A DNA stretch of 58,337 nt from NCBI GenBank assembly GCA_964252035.1, contig CAXUOO010000139.1. One strand, 5' to 3'. Both the position numbers and the translations under genes were made by a program. The stretch's first letter is position 1; each line of letters begins with the position of its first letter. The notes under the pieces were generated by a model that did not search any database, was not told the origin of the DNA, and saw only the letters and a program-made list of their open reading frames with translations. Origin of the DNA: Podarcis erhardii (taxonomy: Eukaryota). Below are positions 27,058 through 39,093 of this stretch, one piece after another.

Positions 27058-30000
27058 CGTATATAGATGTGGTGCAGACATTGTCACGGTAGTTGCAGTA
27101 TAGTCAATTACATCAGGAAAGTGGAAGTAATTCAAGAAGTCCAGTTCAGGTGCACTCATAGTCTCAAAATGATATGCTCAGTTTTGGTAACCCCACGTCA
27201 CCATAGCAGCTTTGCTGTACAAATATCAGAAATCTGAATGACCGTAATACTCTTCACTCTTTCACTCTCATTCAGACCAACAATGATGAGAGCGTCCATG
27301 TACGCTAATAGATTAATGCTCGAGCTTAGGTGACAGTGAATCTGAACACGTCAAACAATAGAACTGCTGCTGTGCTCACTCATTCCTAGCCTTCAACCTA
27401 GTGAAAGAACAAAATGGAGCACAGATTATGTCTCTGCCCTCTTTACGCACTCTTTATCGATTATTATACGGTATTCTCAGACCGTGTATAAATCAATTGA
27501 CACGTATTCAAAGCATATATAGAAGATAGAATGCGCTAGAGAGCGAAGGCTGTGCCCGTCCAGTCATGGCTCTACATTGCTTGCCTGGGGCGAGTTTGCT
27601 TACTGCAACTGTCAGTCGCAATAAGCAGTCGAAGACTTTTTCACCAAACTGCAGAGCCAGTTGCAATATCTTTCTCCTGAAAAGGGATATAGACATATGC
27701 CTATATATATATATATATTTATATCCATTAAATTTTCTCAGGCCACTAGCCAGATACAAGTGTTGCAGACGTCCGAGAATTTCAGCTATGGTTTCTCTGG
27801 AACTCTTGGCATGGGCATACAGATGAGCAGTGAAGAAGCTAGATACTATAACTTCTATTTTGCTGAGGACGTTTGCTAGTTTGATCTAAAAGTGACTAAA
27901 CTTTCAGAAGAGAAGGAAACTGCATTAAATAACGAGAGACAGCAATATTTAAGCTTCAAGGACAAAACAACGACGCGGTTTAGCAGTAAACTGACGTACG
28001 AGTAAAAGATGCGTACACTATCCCATGTATGATAAAAGAACCACGGAGACTCTTTTTAATGTTGCGTCACTCTTTCTCGGAACTGTTCAATGTGACTACG
28101 GACTAAACGCGTGTGTGGCTTCCTCACTTGCTACACGCCAGAATCTGCTTTTTCCGTCTTCGTAAGATGTACTTACACATTCCTGACATATAAATGTGTG
28201 ACAACGTGTGTCCCTCTTCATCAACCGGACGAAAAGCAGTAAATACCGTCTGTTTTCTCTCAGAATTTTCTGCAACAGCACCTTTTGAGCAATCCTACTC
28301 TTGAAATAAATCTTCCAGCCTTCAGCAATGACGCATCCTCAACGGTTGATTGGGAGCTTTGCTCGCAGAGAAAAGCGAGACAGCAGCAGCAACAACACAA
28401 GGCAAAAAAAGCTGCTACTACTGCTGCAGGCGACTTGCATCAGGATAGGAGTGAAAGAGGAACTGAGAAAAAGCACACGCAGTGTACGAATGAGAAGGCA
28501 CACGTCCACTCTCAACTCAAAAACCAGGCAAGCACACAGGCTCGTTGCTTATTGCTGAAGCGGCAAACTTCTGCGAAATTTTTTCCCGTATTTGATCTAA
28601 ACAAATCGCAGTGAGATAGCGCACACACAGTAAAGAAGTGTTACGGGCATGTGCATGCAAAGCAGTAGAACTGGTCACTCACCGGGAAGGTATTTGTTCT
28701 TACTACGAGGCCATACAACAAGAGGCTTACAATTGTATATATATTTTTTCATTTGTATATATAAGTACAAAGACACGGGGTATAACAGATACATATTGCC
28801 GGTAATAAATGTGCACGTATATATATATATATATCTACATATAAATACACCTGTATATTGATATGACCTAAAAGGACGGTATTATAAGTCGGGGTGAAGT
28901 ATTGTGTCTTTACGTAAGCGTGAGTAGAGCATGTTGATCTACGCGTAGCTCAAATGGTATAGTTTTTTTCCAGGAAAAGCTACGATTCTCGAATTTCATG
29001 CATAGCTGTGTCTACATAAATCGATCGTATTCATCGATGAAGACGGCTGAGCCATTTTCACATCAGTGCTGTGAGTACACTTTGCGAACGCTCGTATGTC
29101 GTGAATTCAGGGAATACATGGATGAGGAACATATAAGTGTATATATATAAATATATATAAATATATATATATATATATATGTATATGTACTGGTATAGAC
29201 AGAATACGAAGCTAAGCTCGAATCAAAAAATTTTGAAACATTCTAGCTATGTGTATATATATATATATATATATATGCACTTACAAAGCAAATTATAATA
29301 TTTATATTCTGTAAGAGATGCCTCTTTCGCATTTACAAGTCTATAAAATTAAATCCTTTGCATTGCTGCGTGGGCCTTAAATCGATTTTTCTCTGTCTTT
29401 GAATGTAACGGGTGTGCTGCAGCTTACAGAAGCTTTTGCAAATCATTTGATTGACGCTTTATCTGACAACTTGATAATTTCCCCTACTTCTCTGGTTTCT
29501 TCTGTTCTCTGTTTGCACCGCAAGGGTGTCAGAGAAGAAGATATGGTGAGATACTTTAGACAGAAGCTTCCCACCAACGACGAAAAAATAATCAAAGGGA
29601 AGTGATAGTCGTCTTTCAGTCTGCATGAACAAATGCAGATTATACAAATTAGTGAACGTAAACGCTTGTTTCCGTATGTTAACGTATACCATTGTATATA
29701 TATATATATATACACTGATGCGTACTTCTGTTGCAAACGGTGCGAGGACAAAGATGAATTCATTGAGGAATTCTATTACTTTATTTATCAAGCTTTACTA
29801 ACTGTATCGATGTGGGGGGGGGGGACTCTTGTTGCACGTACATTAGAAATTCTAATTGGTTTAGGGTGAATTCCTTTAATTCTTTACAAGTAGACTTTTG
29901 CTTAGAGATAGTACTTGTTTATGATACGCGTGCCGCCCAAATTAGTTACTTCAGTCGAGTTCTCTTACTATGTCAGCTTGGAATGGCCTGAGATTGTGTG

Positions 30001-30248
30001 AGCACGGGTCAGTAGTAACAGCTGAACAAATTTTATATTGTAGAGTTCAGACAAAGATTGCAGCCTACTCACATATGTATACGCTTGAAGAAGTTCCTCA
30101 TATATGTCGGCGTTGCAACAGTACCACATATCTACCCGTTTAAAGTGCAAAGAGCCATATATTTGATATCGCCTTGGGAGATTCGAGGTTTGACAATTGA
30201 CGCCGATGTAAATATACTTCTTTTTTTTCTATCATGAGCATATGTTTG

Positions 30249-30308
<60 letters not shown>

Positions 30309-33300
30309 GTATATGTATTATTTCAAAGGCGTTTTCAATATAAAATTTTGAATCATCGAATTGATTACCTGATTTCAAGTCGAAAGCTCCACAACAGCGA
30401 TCAGTGGTTACGCAGCAGCAGTGTCGAAAACGGAAAGGCACACTTAGTCGAAAGTGTAGAGTGTGATTGAAGTATCTTTATTATACGCACTTTCACTCTG
30501 GCGCAGCTGTTCTTATGTATAGAAGTAGTTTGTGTAATTATGTGCTGTATCATGGGAAAAGTGTGTTCAAACAAATAGATATATGTACACAATGTGTGAC
30601 TGTTTTCGTAATTTGGAGTCGTTCATTTGCCGGGTGTCTTTTAATGTACACTCTCTCTGTAACATTTTGCGTAGTCAAAGACAGTAAGCAGGCATTTGAA
30701 TCGTATATGTGTAGAAATATAGAAATTCGCCTCTGTCTCAATCACGGCAGATGTATTCTTTTGCCTCGATGGGTTCAAACCTTCGGTTTAACTTTTTGCC
30801 TTGTTGCTTCTACGAAGGGAGAGTGTGTGACCGTCGCGTGGGCACACGCTTTTTACATCAGTTTCTTATCAGATAACACAAAGTCCTGATGAGTTTGCGC
30901 TCGAAATAATGATAAATAAAGAATGATAAAAGCGTTGCTAATGTGCTTCAATTTATGCTTGTTACGAGCTATGATAGTCACGCCTGGTGCAGTTCTGTAC
31001 ATTACTTCGGATTCTTACTTCAAATATATATAGCTCTAACTTGGAACGATACAGAGAAAATTAGCATTTATCTTCGGCTTACAAGTCACAATCGTCGCTT
31101 TATACGGAATAACTAGACCAGCACAATATATCTAGTAGACACTTGTCTGGTGTGCACATGCAGCACAGGCAATCCTGGCCACTCAGATAATTTTTTCTTT
31201 TGTGCACTACCAGCGCTAAATAAGTCATACGAAAATGCCTCTCACAGCAGCTGAGCATATTGTGCTCGTGTCTGGTTCGGCCGTATAAGGCGACGTTTGT
31301 TACTGTCACGCAAAAGACAAACGTCATATGCCCAGCATAGAGCCTTGGAAGTTGACAGTAAACGTGTTTCCAGACAAACATCATATGCACCAGCATAGAG
31401 CCTTAGAATTTGACAGTAAACGTGTTTCCAGACAAACGTCATATGCACCAGCATAGAGCCTTACAATTTGACAGTAAACGTGTTTCCAGACAAACGTCAT
31501 ATGCCCAACATAGAGCCTTGGAAGTTGACAGTAAACGTGTTTCCAGACAAACGTCATATGCCCAGCATAGAGCCTTACAACTTGACAGTAAACGTGTTTC
31601 CAGACAAACATCATATGCCCCAGCATAGAGCCTTGCAATTTGACAGTAAACGTGTTTCCAGACAAACATCATATGCCCCAGCATAGAGCCTTGCAATTTG
31701 ACAGTAAACGTGTTTCCAGAGAAATGCCACATGCCCCAGCATAGAGCCTTGCAAGTTGACAGGAAAGGTGTTTCCAGACAAACTTCATATGCCCAGCATA
31801 GAGCCTTGCAAGTTGACAGGAAAGGTGTTTCACCTACTTTTTTGTGTTTGCTCAACAGGAAGAACAGGTGCTGTGGCTGCGAGAACAGGTGCTTGTGCGT
31901 GGCGGGCACCTAGCGCCTGGCGTCGGAGGCTTTTCCTTCGATGCTCGATTGATCATACAAGCGACAGTGCGGACGTATTTGAGAGGAATTGTTTCTAGTT
32001 GTGGAAGTGGCTGGGCCGCGATTGAGAATAGCTGCTTGAACACAAACAGTGAAGCGTCTGCGCTAGAAGCGCTATCAGCTCTTTCTCGCGTCACTGTGAA
32101 CGGCGAAACGAGTGTAAGTTCACTGGGCTTAGACGCTTCTCGACTGCTGCTTGCATTCTACCGCAATCAATGTGCACATCTCTTTCTGCCAGAAGCCATC
32201 GTCTGCGTTGCGCTGCTTTCTTTTGGAAAAGAAAAAGGCGTGGGAAGCGGGTGTGAGTCAACAAGCCCTTCACAAAAAGGCTCAATTTGCAGCGCACCTT
32301 GTTGGCGAGCAGTTCGTCGGCCGAGCCAAGACGAGCAGCCACGAAGTCGCGAATGTACGGTACAAATACCTCAGTTTGCAGATTTGATACATGTAATTTA
32401 TGCACACTACACGTATAGGTGTTTCTCTGTGGAGCTTCCGCCTGCGCGAGGAAAAAATACGTAAAACGAACAGATATTCATCAATATATATGTGAACTTA
32501 TGTGCACCCTATGCATATGTTAAAGTATAGATACATATATATGTACATATATCTATACTTTTACATGTCTTTACGTACGTGTAGATCGACGGTGACGGCG
32601 CTGAGATAGCTAAACAAGGCGCGGTTCGATCCCGTTTACAGAAGCGCATGCGTCTGCTGACAAGCAATTCGGCTTCTGCGGACCTTTTTCATATACATAT
32701 ATATATATATATATATACATGTTGCTTGCAAGACCGCAACTCTTCAAATCAGGGTTCTTTTCATGCAGAGAAAGAAAGCATTATGTGAAACACGTGCTTA
32801 CAACGTTTCTCGTTTTTCCGTTCGAACCGAATAAGTCATTTTGTGGATTTTTTTGGGGTGGATTTTCTATCAAGTAGTATTCATGTCTGCGCATCCATCT
32901 ACATGAAGGTACGCGTAAATTAGAGATTATGTATAATATATATATAAATATATATTGTATGCTAAATATGACCTCAAGGATAAATCTAACAGTAATAGAT
33001 GCTGCGTATGAGTGCTGGAAAAGGTTTTTATGACATGAATTGTAACAATACAATGTACGAATAATGTAGTACGTACCTACGATTAGTAAGTTTACAAATA
33101 ATGTACATATGCGTAGAAAACTTTACTATATATATATAATATATAGTTAGATTCATATGTGTATTCATCTTCATATACAAAATGTAAAGTATAGTAGGTG
33201 TGTATGTGTATTCATACGTATGCTAAGTTTAGACGCAGTGGTTATGCTTTTTCTTATTGTACCCGAGAAAGTTCCCAATTGCTGCTAAATAGTTTCTTTT

Positions 33301-35288
33301 TTTTTTGCGGGACAGACTCCGTTTTGTAGCTTACTAAATATCAGCACAACAAACTCGTATTCTGCCTTTTGTACAGTATATGAATATCTGTATGTAAATC
33401 TGTGTATCTATAGCTATATATATACACTTATAATATATGAAAATCAAGTACATCTGATTTCGATAACATTTTATAACCTGCTTCGATTAGTGAATTGAGG
33501 ATTTACGTGACTGTATAATTTGTTCTGAGTCATAAGCACACTTAGAGAGAGCTTTTCGATTGATACAACTGAAGAAGGCCCTTAGCTCACTATTACGTAT
33601 ACACGCGTATATAAATAAATGAATAAATATATATTTATGTCTTCGCTGGTAGAGAAAAAGTCCATGCAGTGCTTATACTCATATGCATTCACGTCTGTGC
33701 CCTACTACTGCTACCACTTTTTCAATTCCCAGTATGTCAGCTGGGCTTACAGAGGAGGAGATTACTTTCTCGATACTTTCACCGAGCAACCGTCAGTTAT
33801 TTCACATGGGATCTCAAATCCACATGTACTCATACATATCCACATACACATCTGAATTTTCCCACCTTGTCCTTTTCGACAGCACGCCCTCCTTCTGTGT
33901 CGTAATAATTTTCTGAAACGGAAAGTATACTACAGCTTACACCGACCGAACCTCAGTAGTGCTTGAGTAAGTGTAGGCAGCCTTCCATCAGTACCTTCCG
34001 CGTACTGGTATATCAAATTTCTCTTAAAAAAATCTGATCTATCTTTACACACTTGCCGCCGCCTCTGGGCCGCGAACCGCATTACTTGTCTGTGTGCATT
34101 TTCTTTGAGAAAAAAGGATACAAATGCAGCTGCCGTTTCCTGCCCTAATACTGCAACTTCCCCTCTTCTTGCACTTCTCTATAATAACCCAAGATTCGTG
34201 TGCTGCTGCCTCGTAACCAGCTTTACTGACCTTTTCTCTTCCTTATTTCCTCAAAACAGGTTATTCATGTGATGCTGTCTCGCCGTCTCCTTCGAGCGCT
34301 GCCGTCTCCGCCCTCTCCGCCAACTACCCCCGCTGCAGAAAAACCGGAACTTCATGTACCAGAAAATGCAGTGGAAACAGCTGAAGCAGTTGCAGGACGT
34401 AGTTACATTTTTCACCCAGCAGCAGAGTCGGACGTTGCGTTCCTGGCTTCGTACATTTGGCCTTTCATTGATAGCTTTTGGGCTTGCGGCATGAGCCTCT
34501 TCGCTCTGCAAGCGACAGAAAAGAACTGCCCTACCGGTGAAACAGGAAGGCTTTTTTTGACTTTCGTTTTCTAGACTGTTCGTGCATTTTCTATAGCAGA
34601 TATAATCAGGTATTCGCATTTGTGAAGATTCCTACTGCTCTATCTATCGAGCTCTATGTCTTACATTCAGGAGTGCATTGGCTGTTTCCTTTGAACGAAA
34701 CTCGTTTCTTCGAAGTCCATTGATGTTGGAACTGGCGTTGAACTCTAGTGGCAATGACTTCTACATTTGCGCAGAACTAGTTTTACATAATCAGCGGATA
34801 CATTTGCATACAAACAATCAGTGAAGATACTCAGAATTATGTCTTGACGCAACCCGCGTCTCACAAGCGTAAAATCACATCAGTTAGATTAGTACGCCAT
34901 AAAAAAAAGAAGACCCCCGCTAGGCCTTTCAGTCACGTTGCGATCTCCTTTGTATAAATAAATAAATAAATATATATATTTTTATATACTATTTTTTTAT
35001 ATATCAGATCGTTTACAATGGAGTATTACATGTATATACGCTTGTTTGTGTGATATATATATATATGTATGTATATATATATACACATATTTTTTTAGAT
35101 ACCGTACACACAGTCATATATGTGCTACACTGCAGCTCAGTCCCGCAGTTTTCATATACTACAGTAAGTAACTGAAAGAAGTTTCGCACTATATTACCTA
35201 TAATATAGCTGTTCATGCACACGCTACATTGTTCAAATATGTATGCGTGTATGTCTGTATATATGTATAAATATGTTTAAATAAATAA

Positions 35289-35324
<36 letters not shown>

Positions 35325-37168
35325 CCGTGTAGATATGCTTACGAATATATTCCTAGTCACACGTGTATATGATATGCATATGCCCTTTACCTGACATGAT
35401 AGACATACATATACGTGTATATATATATATATATATATAAATATATATATATACATATATATAGATCATGCCCTTATTTTTGTACAGTGCTGCAGCTAAA
35501 GAGGGTGTGTTTACATGTACCTTAAAAAAGTGCAGCCGACGGATAGTAGAATGGGAAATGCGGAAGAATGCTTTATTTCGTTGACATTACTTCCCGGATC
35601 TCGTGGGGAACTGGTGTGGAAAACGCGAGAGGTGTTTACACACAGAATACATCTTCCGTTCTCTTTTGCCTTTTGTTTTGTATTCTCTCTCTTCCTGCCC
35701 GTCTTTTTTTCTTTGTGTCCTTATTCACATCTCTCTGCGCATATATGTCAGTCTCCATCTCACTGTCGTCCACTCTCTCTTTCTCTCTCTCTCTATATAT
35801 ATATTTATATACATACGTAATATATGTATTGTATTATTTTTCCTTTACATGTTTAAAACGCTCTTTTCGATGCGTTTCCGACTCAGGTGTAGAATATCCT
35901 GAACATGCACCATACAGTAGGAAAAGTCGCGGTTGTATGACAAAACAGCAACTGGTTTCCCGTGCGCATTGGCTTGCCAATGCTCTTTTCAGAGAAGGCT
36001 TGATAGTGAGTGTAGAGAAGTTTGTATACGTGTATATGTAATATATATATATATATATATAAAGTATAGGTTTATCAGATTTTATCTACACGACAAAACA
36101 CTGCTCGCTTCTTCCACGGCGCTTATAAAATTATAGTTCCATGTGCGTCGATACACTGTCTTCAACACTGGGCGTTAAATTATGTTACCGTGTTGGTTCA
36201 AACGCGGGTGTTACCTGGCAGCACGTTGAAGCACCTCTGACTACGTCAATCACGCATGTCATACAGCTGTCTGTGCATGCGCAATTATCGTATTTGCAGA
36301 AGAGCTTTGTTCTAGTTGCAAGCAGCAGAAAATCAGCAGTGTGAATTCAGCATTCTTAACCAAGCTCAGCCACATGAGATGCATATGTGGTTGCTGAAAA
36401 GTACGATCATTGATATCGAGCTATATTTCTTGCAGAAGAGCAGAAAAAATCATTGTAAGTAGTGAAGAATCAATGGCATACGTCAGGATGTGAATACTCT
36501 GTAGTACAAATCTGCCACATGTACATGTGGTACGTCAGGGTGCACCAATATACTTGTCCTGAAGTCTATATTTAGGTATTGGTAAAGTATATATATATAA
36601 CTTAGAAACGTTACTCTACTACTCGTGTAGGCGGCATTCGATCATTCTAACAAGCAAATCGTTCTTATTAAAAATTTATTTGTATAGATAAATGTAAGTG
36701 AAACGGATTTCCATAGCCCTTCAAAGAAGAGCTTGTTGAATCCTGAGTGGCAAGGAGTTTGAAAATGGGAATCACGCACTTATACTACATTGTCTTACTT
36801 ATCAAAATCGAGCAAGGGTTCGCCATACACATGTACGTATGTAATATATATATATATATATATATATCTAAATTTATACCTATGTAGGCATATCAACAAC
36901 GCTTTTCGTCTGAATTCGCAGCTTTTTCCGGAGAGCTGCGTATTGCCAGCGGTGCGATGTGCAGTGGAAGCGTTTCGGCGCGTGCGATTACTGCGAGAGA
37001 GGAATGTAAACGAAAGCATCAACAGCAACAGCAGCAACAGCAGCGGCTCCAGAGAAGTAGGCGCACTCATTAGCCTGGATGACAGCGAAATCGACGATGA
37101 TATACTACTCGAGCTTGTACCACAATTTCAAGAGGAGACAGCCCTCCAAGTCAGTTCATTGAAGCAAT

Positions 37169-37221
<53 letters not shown>

Positions 37222-37673
37222 TGATCTGGTGGTTGTGCACATAAGATGAGAGAACGTATATGTACGTAGATTAAACATGAACAGGGGCCGCTCGGCTTTG
37301 CAAAACGACGTCAGGTGCTAAAACGTCAAGGGGTGCGTTACAGATCCACTATTTGTATATCTGCCGGAAGTCAACGTTGAGTATGTGAAGGCCTGCATTC
37401 ATGCAGCGGTAGAAGCTCTATTTCGCTTGACACATCTACGCGCTTATTGTAGCACAGCCCAAGCACTATATATATATATACTGTTTAAGTGCTTTCATTT
37501 GTGTGTATCAGGACTTCTTGGACACTCTGCATGAGATGAGGAAAGTAGCCATTTCAGGAAACGGAAACTCCAAGGGGTGGGTCAACACTCTATGGGACCA
37601 ACTAGTTCAAGCTTCTCATTCACTTCCTTTTCCGTTACATTTTCCTGTTGGTTTCGCTACTTGTGTTTTTTGA
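16483..37673 (+). CDS. FARAT: Bifunctional fatty acyl-CoA reductase / glycerolipid (DHAP/G3P-type) acyltransferase fusion; exons 16483-17061 (or 17100), 17541-17796, 18959-19438, 20648-20969, 21795-22079, 23289-23527, 24703-24976, 26354-26688, 28279-28450/28503, 29423/29430-29545, 31859-32354, 34260-34536, 35887-36005, 36922-37149, 37512-37673
   Basis: FAR half: Rossmann TGASGFVGK, IHLAASVHF, HTSTCYV, catalytic PNTYTFTK, RPSIVGA..PRRGWID, IPVD, and a Sterile-type C-terminus (FRPFTYHEWIF, IDW..YGL). Acyltransferase half: PTHCSHL|D (HxxxxD split by an intron), GAFFVKR, FLEGGRS, FVPVTIAYDKVFE, YIRFAAPIS, LIISPTSLV, WLREQVLVRGG, FYRNQCAHLF, IWPFIDSFW. Junctions are GT-AG and phase-consistent except for three single-base breaks (near 17796, 20951, 32232). 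The exon 1, exon 9/10 and last-exon boundaries are uncertain. Confidence 0.88.
21795..37673 (+). other. PlsB/GPAT/DHAPAT-type acyltransferase domain and C-terminal helical region of the fusion, exons 5-15
   Basis: Acyltransferase blocks I-IV: HCSHLD, GAFFVKR, FLEGGRS, PVTIAYD. Confidence 0.9.
31316..31832. repeat. Tandem minisatellite, 9 units of 57-58 bp (last 56 bp), in FARAT intron 10
   Basis: Unit gacaaacgtcatatgcccagcatagagccttggaagttgacagtaaacgtgtttcca. Units start at 31316, 31373, 31431, 31489, 31546, 31603, 31661, 31719 and 31777. No spacers. Confidence 0.97.
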
Positions 37674-39050
37674 TGATTCTCCCTTTTACAAATAACCAGT
37701 CCACTCTCAATTCTGTGCTGCCTTCTTCACCCTCTTTGTCAAAATGTGTCCATCATCTTTATCTTTTCAACCTGGATTTTTTTCTAAAAAAAATGTTGTG
37801 AATGCCGGATCGTTCCTCTTGCTTACAGTTTTGTCCTAAAGCAATCATAACAGCTGTAGTCTATTCACCACGTTTTTCTTCTCTTTTCTTCGTCTCGCTT
37901 TCTTCTCCATCTCGTCTCTCTCCTGCTTCCGCTCTTCGTTCCTAGTGTGACTCAGTCTCTCATCGACCTTCTAGTCAAGTGATTCATTATGCATCTTCCT
38001 TCTTCTCTTGCTTTGTCGCAAAGCAAATCGACTTTTTTTCCTGAGTGTGTTTGATGGGCTGAACACCTTATCTGTTCAATGTGCTGTCTATTGTTGATTT
38101 CCAGTCATTCTCTCTGAGAGCCGCAACTACTTTTGTCCTCCTTCTTGGTCTCCATTCTGTTTGTCCCGAGTTATTTGCAGTTTTTTTTTCTTGCTTTCCC
38201 TATTCTCTATGGTGAAACACAGCCGCATATCACAAGCCTTCGGTATAGAGAGAAGCCGAATTTCGTGGTACAAGTGTAGAGCGTAGATAATATACGGATT
38301 GGTGTATTTTTTTTGAAGAATAGTATCAAGGGGGGGGGGCCACGTAGCATTTTTGAACGTATAACTTAGAATAAAAAGGTAAGTGACTTATTTTTCTGAG
38401 TTTAATAATATTGAGAAGTCGCTGCAAGCAAACAGAATGGGGGTGGATCTTATGGTCCACCTTACGGGAGGGTGAGCATACCAGTCAGTATGCTGTAAAA
38501 TGTCTACAGGTGTTGTTGCAACCTCGTAAATTACGACAAGTCTAAATCTCAGTAAAAGTCTATTCGATTATCTCAAGTACACTGTTAAATTATATAATCT
38601 AATATTAATCCAATCGAGAGGTAATTTCGACTATATATTTCCGCAGCCAGCAGTGCGCCGCGATATACATACGCATGCAATTCACAGAGTGCTGAGAATC
38701 TGCAGAAATGAGTGTACGAAATGAATACGTAAATGGAAGGAAGCATCATCAGCGCCTGCTTCATTCAGAAGTTGCTTGCTTTTGGTTCTGAAAGGAAGCT
38801 CAGCTACAAGAAGACTACAACGTCCGCTTTTTAGTTACAATATACGCTCGTTGCTGAATGTTTTCTTCGCTCGGGAGCATTGAGGAAATAAAGCAACGAA
38901 TAAAGTTTTGTGTGTGCCGCATGACTGCTACAGGCCACTAACGCGCCAGCAAATAATTCTATCTTTGCCAGTCCTTGCTCGACTATGAGTGCGCTTGAAT
39001 TCCGTCTTTCTGCATACTTGGCGATGGGAGGCAGATGAAGCAGTGAATGC

Positions 39051-39093
<43 letters not shown>

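Noticed and set aside
27283-27345. Box C/D snoRNA candidate (ATGATGA...CTGA) in FARAT intron 8
   Set aside because: No terminal stem and no identifiable rRNA-complementary guide; such box pairs arise by chance.
27580-27700. Nested minus-strand gene in a FARAT intron (acceptor tttttcag, donor GTAAGC, RKILQLALQFGEKVFD...)
   Set aside because: Isolated exon-like block; no phase-compatible neighbours giving a credible protein.
31316-31832. CRISPR array interpretation of the 57/58-bp repeat
   Set aside because: Units are contiguous with no unique spacers, there are no cas genes, and the context is a eukaryotic intron.
32600-32640. tRNA or SINE suggested by the T-loop/B-box-like gcggttcgatcccgt
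   Set aside because: No anticodon arm or acceptor stem; the A-box-like tagctaaacaagg is too close and off-consensus.
16483-37673. FARAT as a pseudogene
   Set aside because: Catalytic motifs and splice sites are intact. The three breaks are single-base events fixed by lengthening or shortening a G or A run, or by adding one G beside a donor, and similar breaks occur in CELF, so assembly error is more parsimonious.
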